Of a stretch of 64,000 nucleotides of DNA, positions 1 to 7,346 are shown one piece after another. The stretch is from Nibricoccus sp. (GTDB taxonomy: Bacteria > Verrucomicrobiota > Verrucomicrobiia > Opitutales > Opitutaceae). The stretch spans positions 2,560,001 to 2,624,000 of the forward strand of contig JASGHG010000001.1 of the NCBI GenBank assembly GCA_047602425.1, in the 5' to 3' direction. Positions within the stretch are counted from its first letter, which is position 1; each line of letters begins with the position of its first letter. The notes under the pieces are model-generated. The model did not search any database. It was not told the origin of the DNA and was given only the letters and a program-made list of their open reading frames with translations. The position numbers and the translations under genes were made by a program.

Positions 1-359
1 GAAGCTTGTCCTCGGTAAAACCGCCCTCCGTCTCCCTCATAAAGACAGAGCCCGCGCATGTCGCAGGATGATCACGGAGCCCACGACTTTGCGCGAATCG
101 GCCCGGGGTGGAGCGCATTGACTCAATGCACTGGTTCGAGAATCACGTCGCCCAACGCGTTGCTTCGATCAGCGCCTTGAGGTCAAGTCGCTCCACCTCG
201 GAGATAGTTCGGCCAGCCAGCCTCTTGAGGCCGGGCCAGACGGATTCACGCGGCTTTGATCCCTATTCTCGTCCGCGCTTCCGCTTACCCGGATTCTCCG
301 GATAAAACCGAACCAAAATAATGGATAAATTTAATGTCGGGACCGATTCCCGAAGGCCC

Positions 360-761
360 TTACGGCATCATGCCGCCCGAAGACCGGCCGCCCGACGAGC
401 TGCTCATGCCGGAGGAGCTGCCGCTCGATCCGCTGCTGCTCGACGAACTGCTGGAGGCACCGCTCGACGAATAGCCATCCCGGCCATGCTCATGATCGCC
501 CTTTTTGTGTTTGCGGTCATTATCCCGTTGGGAATCGCGGTCGCGGTTACGATTTCGATCAGGACGATCGTATCCACCGGAGCTGCCGCTGGAACTGCTG
601 CTACTGGAGCTGGAGGAACTCGATCCGTAAGAGCCGCCCGAACCGGAAGGCATGGAGTCCGTTTGCGCGAAGGCGTTGGACACGCAGAGGGGAAATGCCG
701 CGACGCAGGCGAACGCGACAGCACGTGCAAGCGCACGCGGGTGGGATTTTTTATTTTTCAT
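360..761 (-). CDS. Small secreted Ser/Gly-rich low-complexity protein
   Basis: From ATG 761: basic N-terminus, hydrophobic stretch and AFA|Q signal-peptidase-like site, then two poly-Ser/Gly tracts around a charged block. The ORF extension to 1040 looks non-coding. Confidence 0.7.
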   Translation of the reverse strand: MKNKKSHPRALARAVAFACVAAFPLCVSNAFAQTDSMPSGSGGSYGSSSSSSSSSSSSGSSGGYDRPDRNRNRDRDSQRDNDRKHKKGDHEHGRDGYSSSGASSSSSSSSGSSGSSSGMSSSSGGRSSGGMMP

Positions 762-1371
762 AGCCCACGGATCATAGCCCGTTCCCGCCCGGGATAAATC
801 AGGCCCCCGCCGACCATTCCTCACGGAAATTCCTCCCGAGCCCCGGTCGGGAAACCACGCGGAGAACGGGAGAATCGACCCCACCGCGCCTTGTTCGCGC
901 AACGGCAGGGCAGGGATGGGAACGGCCTGCCGTAGCCGCCGTTTCGAACTCAATTTTGCGGACGGATAAACCACTGAATTTCGCTGAATGGCACTGACGA
1001 AGTGAGGGAGGAAAGTTTGCTGCTGCCGCCCGTGGTCCAATGGGTGAGTAGCGATCTATTCACTGCAGGTTTTCTCAGTGAAAATAAGTGAACTTCAGTG
1101 GTTCAAAATGCCTTGAGGGATTAACCACTGATTATCACTTATTGATACTGATGAAGGAGGGGATGGCAGGTTGGGGCTGCGATCAGGCGCGTCGGATGGG
1201 CAATGATCATTTCATGGGCGACGACGGTGCCTCGCCCTCCATTAGAAAAATGAACAAACAACAAAGGCGCAGCCCAAAGGATGCGCATTGTTAGGGTCAA
1301 CACGTTGGTTCGGCTCGCGGGGATTTCGGAAGGCGGAGGACAAGCCGCTCCACCCACGACGCGATGCGAAC

Positions 1372-1746
1372 TCACGCGGCCTTAACCGCGGGAGACGCTG
1401 CGACGGCACGCACCGCTCGTTTGCGATCGGACTTCCGTTTGCCGCCGGCCTGTTCGTACTCGTTGCTGTCGCGTCCGAATTTGGCGGACACTGCGGCCAG
1501 CATGCGTTCGGTGAGATCGCGGAGATTGGCCTCCGCGGCTTCGAACACGTTGGCAGCCTCGTCGCTCTCCGCGAGCAGGGTGTTGTACTTGGTCTGTTTA
1601 TCCCGGGCGTCCTGGATGGCGGCGTTGTAGGCTGCGACGGTGAGGCCCCCTCCGAGATCGAGCGCGGGATCGATCGATTCGATGCCGGCCGCGCGGGCCG
1701 AGGCATTTTGAAGAGCGCGAGAGCTGGTGCGTTTTCTGCGAGACAT
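1372..1746 (-). CDS. Conserved hypothetical alpha-helical protein (basic N-terminus; C-terminal FGxDSxEYxxAGGxRKS motif)
   Basis: 124-aa ORF with genome-like codon usage and an amphipathic helical core. It resembles an uncharacterised family I recognise from cyanobacteria/Bacteroidota (not searched). Confidence 0.8.
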   Translation of the reverse strand: MSRRKRTSSRALQNASARAAGIESIDPALDLGGGLTVAAYNAAIQDARDKQTKYNTLLAESDEAANVFEAAEANLRDLTERMLAAVSAKFGRDSNEYEQAGGKRKSDRKRAVRAVAASPAVKAA

Positions 1747-1848
1747 ATGTTTTTCCTGTAGTTTCCCGATCCGCCGGCCGGCCGTGATTGGCCGGTTCCT
1801 ACTGAATCGTTGTGCGACCAGAATATCAGGGAGGGTGGGACATCTGTG

Positions 1849-2289
1849 GACCCACCCTAAGAAAAAATCGCTTCACTTACCCCGGTTTTCATTTCTTCCA
1901 GCCCCGCCGCCACTTCGGCATGATTTTTCTTTTCAACCGAACCAACGTCCCCCTAAGCCGCTCCTCCCGCGATCGACGCACCATGCTCGGCGGTAGATTC
2001 AGCCCCAGCGCCAATCAATGCAGCTCCCACAACAACGTCCACCGCCACGCCTGCGCTTCACGCCGCTCCCTCCGAAACGTTTGCTGACGTCTCCGTGATG
2101 ATTGCCGACGTCTCCGCGCCCTTCGCCACTTAAGTCGCAGCCATTCCCGCCCGAGTCGCACTCTGCGCCGCTCAAACTGCGCTCGCTGCCGCTCCAGCCG
2201 CAGACATTGCGGTCATAACTGCAATCGCTGCGGAGATCCCCACATCAATCGCAGTCGAGCGTTGCACCCCTGCACGCATCACCTTCAAT
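1849..2289. repeat. Degenerate 21-nt-period array (21 units), apparently non-coding
   Basis: C at every 21st base from 1853 to 2273 (21/21 units), often as GC, with a second C/GC phase 12 nt later in most units. Near-identical units at 2080-2100 and 2101-2121. Stops in the heptad frame. Confidence 0.75.
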
Positions 2290-2306
2290 CTCCGCGTTTC
2301 GCCTCC

Positions 2307-4874
2307 ATGCTTACTGCCGAAACCAAGCGCCGCATCGATGCCTGCCGCGACATCCTTGTTGGCAAACTCCCGCTACCTACCGATCAGGTCGAACTGATCA
2401 CTCTCGCCCTCATCTACAAGTTCATGGATGACCTCGACGAGGAATCCGTGTCGATGGGCGGCAAGCGCACTTTCTTCGTCGAAGCTCTCGCCCCTTACCG
2501 CTGGCGCGCGATCATCGTACAAACCGTCTCAGCAGACGAACGCATGGCCCGTTTCGCCGATGGCCTCGAAATCCTTGGCGGCAGCAAAAAGGTCCGCATT
2601 CCGAAAAAGGGAGGAAAAAAGGGCGAAGAAGTAGACGCCGACATCGCCGCCCACCTGCCCGCGCTCTTCCGCGACATTTTTCGCAACGCCTTTCTCAAAT
2701 TCCGCGACGGCCGCACGCTCTCCCTCTTTCTCGCCGAGCTCAACGGCTTCGCCTACTCGCACAGCGAGGAACTAGGCAACGCCTTCGAATACATCCTCCA
2801 GTGCATGGGCGCGCAGGGCGACAACGGCCAGTTCCGCACGCCCCGCCACATTATCGACTTCATGGTCGCCTGCCTCGAACCAAAGCTGACCGACAAGATC
2901 CTCGACCCCGCCTGCGGCACCGGCGGCTTCCTCGTCTCCGCCTTCAAACACATCCTGCACCAGCACACAACGCCCGGCTCCTCCGTGCCCGGCGACCGCC
3001 TCAGCCACAACCAGCGCGAAAAGCTCTTCGCCGCCTTCACCGGCTACGACATCAACGACCAGATGGTGAAGCTCAGCCGCGTCAACCTCTTCCTCCACCA
3101 GTTCGCCACCCCCACGATCCACATCTACGACACGCTCACCAACGACGCCCGCTGGCACGAGAAGGCCGACCTCATTCTCGCCAACCCGCCGTTCATGACG
3201 CCGAAAGGCGGAGTCGTGCCGCACACCAAGTTCCGCGTCCCCGCGAAAAAGTCCGAAGTCCTCTTCACCGATTACATCGCCGAACACCTCACACCCGACG
3301 GCCGCGCCGGCATCATCGTGCCCAACGGCATCGTCGCCACCACGCAGACCGCCTACGTGAAACTCCGCCGCTTCCTCGTCGAAGACAGTCTCGTCGCCGT
3401 CGTCAGCCTACCCGCCGGCTGCTTCAAACCCTACAGCGGCGTGAAAACCAGTATCCTCCTCCTCGACAAAAAACTCGCCCGAACCACCGACAAGGTCCTT
3501 TTCCTGAAAATCACCGCCGACGGTTTCGACCTCGGCGACAAACGAAACGAAATCGAAGCGAATGACCTCCCCGAGGCGGAGCGCGTGGTGCGTGCGTGGC
3601 TGACAGGAAAACTCAATGACGATTTTGCCACACCACTCGCATGGAAGCTCATCGCGAAGAAGGAAATATCGGCAGAACGCAGCTCCTCCCTCAGCGCCGA
3701 GCGTTTTTTTGGTGAAAATGGCGCAGCGACGGAAATCGAAACCGTACGGCTTGGCGACCTCTGCGAGAAATGCCAACAAACGAACCCAACTGCTCTCGGC
3801 CGAGAAACCTTCCGCTACATCGACATCGACTCCGTGGACAATGAGCGACTTCGCATCACCGAGCCCAAACCCATGCCAGTCGGTGACGCACCAAGCCGAG
3901 CTCGCAAACTCGTCCGTACTGACGACGTGCTCTTTAGCACGGTTCGCCCGTACCTTCGGAACATCGCAAGGGTACCACCGCATCTGAATGGAGAAATCGC
4001 TTCCACCGGACTTGCGGTTGTGCGAGCTGACAGTTCACGCGCACTTCCCGGGTATCTTTTCGCAATTGTCTCCGATCAAAGGTTCGTCGATAGCGCAAAT
4101 GCGCTCACCAACGGAGCAGCCTATCCTGCCATAACGGAAAACCAGCTGTTTGACCTCGAAATCCCCCTGCCGCCGCTTGAGGAACAGCGGCGGATCGTGG
4201 CGGAGATCGAGGGCTACCAGCAGGTCATCGACGGCGCCCGCCAAATCCTCTCCGCCTACAGCACACAAGTTGAGCCCGGCGAAGAATGCCCGACTGCAAC
4301 GCTCGGCGACGCTGGCGAATTGATCGGTGGTTACGCATTCAAAAGTGCGGACATGACGCCCGAACCAAGAAACCCATCAGACCTTCCGGTCGTGAAGATC
4401 GGCAACGTTGGGCGAGATGGCCGACTCGATTTGTCTGATGTCCAATACCACGCATTCACACCCGAATTAACCCGATATTCTCTTCACATTGGGGACATCG
4501 TCGTCGCAATGACCGGTGCCACCGTCGGCAAAGCAGCTGAAGTTGATCGCAACAATCTTTTACTGAACCAGCGCGTTGGCGTGATCCGGGCAAAGACGAC
4601 GGCTAGCCAACGTTACTTGCTACACATTCTTCGAGCCCGAGCATTCTACGATTATTGCCAGACAACCGCAGGTGGTGGAGCCCAAGGCAACATCGCACCG
4701 CGACAAATCTTGGAGTACGAAATCCCCCTGCCCTCGCTGCCCGAGCAAGAGAAGATCGTGGCGGAGCTGGACGCGGAAGCGTCTCGGATCGAAGCCGTGC
4801 GCGGCCTGATCCCCGCCTTCGAAGCCAAAATCCACCGCGTCCTCGCCCGCGTCTGGGGCAACACTATTGCGTAA
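2307..4874 (+). CDS. hsdM: Type I R-M N6-adenine methyltransferase fused to a two-TRD specificity subunit (HsdM-HsdS fusion)
   Basis: GQFRTP, DPACGTGGFL (motif I) and NPPF (motif IV). The C-terminal half has two TRDs, each followed by EIPLPxLxEQxxIV conserved repeats. Confidence 0.92.
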   Translation: MLTAETKRRIDACRDILVGKLPLPTDQVELITLALIYKFMDDLDEESVSMGGKRTFFVEALAPYRWRAIIVQTVSADERMARFADGLEILGGSKKVRIPKKGGKKGEEVDADIAAHLPALFRDIFRNAFLKFRDGRTLSLFLAELNGFAYSHSEELGNAFEYILQCMGAQGDNGQFRTPRHIIDFMVACLEPKLTDKILDPACGTGGFLVSAFKHILHQHTTPGSSVPGDRLSHNQREKLFAAFTGYDINDQMVKLSRVNLFLHQFATPTIHIYDTLTNDARWHEKADLILANPPFMTPKGGVVPHTKFRVPAKKSEVLFTDYIAEHLTPDGRAGIIVPNGIVATTQTAYVKLRRFLVEDSLVAVVSLPAGCFKPYSGVKTSILLLDKKLARTTDKVLFLKITADGFDLGDKRNEIEANDLPEAERVVRAWLTGKLNDDFATPLAWKLIAKKEISAERSSSLSAERFFGENGAATEIETVRLGDLCEKCQQTNPTALGRETFRYIDIDSVDNERLRITEPKPMPVGDAPSRARKLVRTDDVLFSTVRPYLRNIARVPPHLNGEIASTGLAVVRADSSRALPGYLFAIVSDQRFVDSANALTNGAAYPAITENQLFDLEIPLPPLEEQRRIVAEIEGYQQVIDGARQILSAYSTQVEPGEECPTATLGDAGELIGGYAFKSADMTPEPRNPSDLPVVKIGNVGRDGRLDLSDVQYHAFTPELTRYSLHIGDIVVAMTGATVGKAAEVDRNNLLLNQRVGVIRAKTTASQRYLLHILRARAFYDYCQTTAGGGAQGNIAPRQILEYEIPLPSLPEQEKIVAELDAEASRIEAVRGLIPAFEAKIHRVLARVWGNTIA

Positions 4875-4914
4875 TGCCCCAACATCTCTCACGGTACTGA
4901 CAATCGGACTGACC

Positions 4915-6006
4915 ATGCGCACCCTCGAAAAACTGACGATCAAAGGCTTTAAGTCCATTCGTGAGCAGACGCTTGAGCTGGGTAAACTGAACGTCTTCAT
5001 CGGCGGCAACGGTGCGGGCAAATCCAATCTTGTGCAGTCGTTTCGCTTCCTGCGCGAAGTAGTCAGCAAAAACCTGGCCGGCTATGTACTACAAAGCGGC
5101 GGAGCCAATGCCCTGCTGCATTTTGGCCAGAAACGCACTCCTCGTATGGAGATGCAGGTCACCTTTGGCGAAGGCGCTTATGGCAACGGATACAAACTCG
5201 TCCTTGCTCCCAATGCCGACGATACCCTCTTTGTGAAAGAGGAATGGACGTACTACCATGATCGGAGTCGATTTCCCGGCGCAGTTGGAACCATGATCGG
5301 CAGCAACACGCCAGAGGCAAAACTGCCGGATGATAAGGCCTCAGTCCCGTCTTATGTACGTCACGACTTGAAGAGCTATCGCGTTTACCATTTTCACGAC
5401 ACGAGTAGCACCGCCGCAGTTAAGCTCTTGTGTCAGGTTGATGATAACCGGTTTCTCCGCGCCGACGCCGGAAATCTGGCTGCCTTCTTGTATTTCCTGA
5501 AGCAGCAACACCCCGAGACGCTGCGCAATATCGAAGACACGGTGCGGCAGATCGCCCCATTTTTTGAGAGCTTCATTCTGGATCCATTGCGCAACAATCC
5601 AGAGAAAATGCGGCTCGAGTGGAAAGAAAAGGGGAGTGACGCCTACTTCAACGGCTCCGCGCTTTCGGATGGAACTCTTCGTTTTATTTGTCTGGCAACC
5701 CTGCTGATGCAGCCAGACCTGCCAGCCGTCGTACTGCTGGACGAGCCGGAGCTTGGTTTGCATCCAGCCGCGATTGTGTTGCTGGCGGATTTGCTTTCTT
5801 CGATCGCAACCCGCACGCAGGTGCTTGTCGCCACTCAATCGGTTGGCCTCGTCGGACAGTTTTCTCACGAAAATGTTTGGACTGTGGATCGTGAAGATGG
5901 GGCAAGCGTGTTCAAACACTTGGCGAAGGAAGATCTGAGCGGTTGGCTGGAAGGCTACTCGCTCGGCGAGTTGTGGGAAATGAACCGACTGGGGGCTCGT
6001 CCATAG
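4915..6006 (+). CDS. ABC-type (AAA_21/OLD-like) ATPase
   Basis: IKGFKSI N-terminus, Walker A GGNGAGKSN, signature LSDGT, Walker B LLDEPE, ATQS switch. Confidence 0.9.
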   Translation: MRTLEKLTIKGFKSIREQTLELGKLNVFIGGNGAGKSNLVQSFRFLREVVSKNLAGYVLQSGGANALLHFGQKRTPRMEMQVTFGEGAYGNGYKLVLAPNADDTLFVKEEWTYYHDRSRFPGAVGTMIGSNTPEAKLPDDKASVPSYVRHDLKSYRVYHFHDTSSTAAVKLLCQVDDNRFLRADAGNLAAFLYFLKQQHPETLRNIEDTVRQIAPFFESFILDPLRNNPEKMRLEWKEKGSDAYFNGSALSDGTLRFICLATLLMQPDLPAVVLLDEPELGLHPAAIVLLADLLSSIATRTQVLVATQSVGLVGQFSHENVWTVDREDGASVFKHLAKEDLSGWLEGYSLGELWEMNRLGARP

Positions 6007-6007
6007 A

Positions 6008-6676
6008 ATGAAACGGGGATTGATTTTGGTAGAGGGCCCCACGGAGGAGAGGTTCATCAAGGATGTGCTGGCACCGCATCTTTTGGGAATGCAGCTGGCA
6101 CTTACCCCAACGGTGATCCCCACCAAAAGAATGTTTGATGGGACCACATTCAAAGGAGGGATCAGCCATTTCGAGCAAATCAACAAGGCGATGCGCCTAT
6201 TGTTACACGGGTCTGGCGGTGCATTGGTCACGACGATGATCGATTATTATCGGCTGCCTGCCGATGTTCCCGGCATGTCCAGCCGCCCAACCGGCACGCC
6301 AGAACAAAGAGTGATGCATGTGGAACAAATGATCGCGGCACACTATGGCAGCCCCGCAAACCTTCATGTTTACCTGTCGCTACATGAATTCGAGGCTTTG
6401 CTTTTTGCGGGACCAGCTGAAATCGCCGCTGTTTTAGAGTCACGCCGACAATCGCCAGAACTATCTGCAATCACCCAAGACTTCCCGAACCCAGAACACA
6501 TAAATGAGCGGCCAGACCTTGCGCCCTCCTGCCGTCTTGAACGTATATTCCCGGCCTACCGAAAACGTTTACATGGACCAAACGCAGCAAGCCGGATTGG
6601 GATAGGGCAACTACGCAAATCCTGTCTACACTTCGACGAGTGGGTGACAAAACTGGAGGCGCATGCCGCTGCCTGA
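6008..6676 (+). CDS. DUF4276-like TOPRIM-fold protein, partner of the ATPase
   Basis: LVEGPTEE, MIDYY and HEFEALL acidic motifs. Starts 1 nt after the ATPase stop. Confidence 0.8.
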   Translation: MKRGLILVEGPTEERFIKDVLAPHLLGMQLALTPTVIPTKRMFDGTTFKGGISHFEQINKAMRLLLHGSGGALVTTMIDYYRLPADVPGMSSRPTGTPEQRVMHVEQMIAAHYGSPANLHVYLSLHEFEALLFAGPAEIAAVLESRRQSPELSAITQDFPNPEHINERPDLAPSCRLERIFPAYRKRLHGPNAASRIGIGQLRKSCLHFDEWVTKLEAHAAA

Positions 6677-6865
6677 TTCAGCGCACGCTATGAATACTTG
6701 TTACCCTTGTCTCTTTAATTAATTCAAACCGAACAAAGCCCATAAATAACGTGTTTGCAGCATGTTCTTATATGCTTAGAAAAACGACATCCTGAAATAG
6801 TGGATGGCAAACCCGTTGGAGTTGCTCTGCTCATTTTCGGAAAAAATCACTGTTCCCGCTCGCAC

Positions 6866-7345
6866 ATGATCGAACTCGTCCAAGGAGACCTGCTTGCAGC
6901 ACGCACCGAAGCCTTGGTGAATGCGGTCAACACGGTTGGTATTATGGGCAAAGGAATCGCGCTTCAGTTTCGAAATCGTTTTCCGGAGATGTTCGTCGCC
7001 TACGAAACAGCTTGCCGCTCTGGGTTGGTTCAGTCGGGGAAAATGCATGTGTTCGATCGCGGCGAGTCATGCACTTCCGCTCGGTGGATCATTAACTTTC
7101 CCACCAAAAAACACTGGCGTGACGCCAGTCGCCTATCAGATGTGGAAACCGGGCTAGTCGATCTCGTCGCGACAGTGCAACGATTGAGGATAAAATCTAT
7201 CGCCATTCCTCCCTTGGGTTGCGGGCTTGGTGGGCTCGATTGGGTTGCTGTCAGACCACGAATTGAAACTGCATTCGCGAGCTTGGCAGACACAAAGGTG
7301 CTTCTCTACGCTCCATCGGTAGCCACCGTTCCAGTACCCCACTGA
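6866..7345 (+). CDS. Stand-alone DarG/TARG1-like macrodomain (ADP-ribosylhydrolase)
   Basis: GDLL, LVNAVNTVGIMGKGIALQF, IINFPTKKHWR and IPPLGCGLGGLDW. 159 aa, with no DarG C-terminal domain. Confidence 0.88.
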   Translation: MIELVQGDLLAARTEALVNAVNTVGIMGKGIALQFRNRFPEMFVAYETACRSGLVQSGKMHVFDRGESCTSARWIINFPTKKHWRDASRLSDVETGLVDLVATVQRLRIKSIAIPPLGCGLGGLDWVAVRPRIETAFASLADTKVLLYAPSVATVPVPH

Positions 7346-7346
7346 C

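Noticed and set aside
762..1371. Short ORFs between the Ser-rich gene and the small helical gene
   Set aside because: No recognisable motifs or consistent codon bias; cannot be supported.
1849..2289. The 21-nt array as a CRISPR array or an intact coiled-coil gene
   Set aside because: There is no conserved repeat-spacer alternation and no cas gene. The heptad frame has four stops, and the other frames give short compositionally odd ORFs.
2603..2621. A-AAA-AAG slippery heptamer in hsdM (KKGGKKG insert)
   Set aside because: It is explained by Lys codons. The -1 frame enters a long nonsense shadow ORF with no domain logic, unlike the 3704 site.
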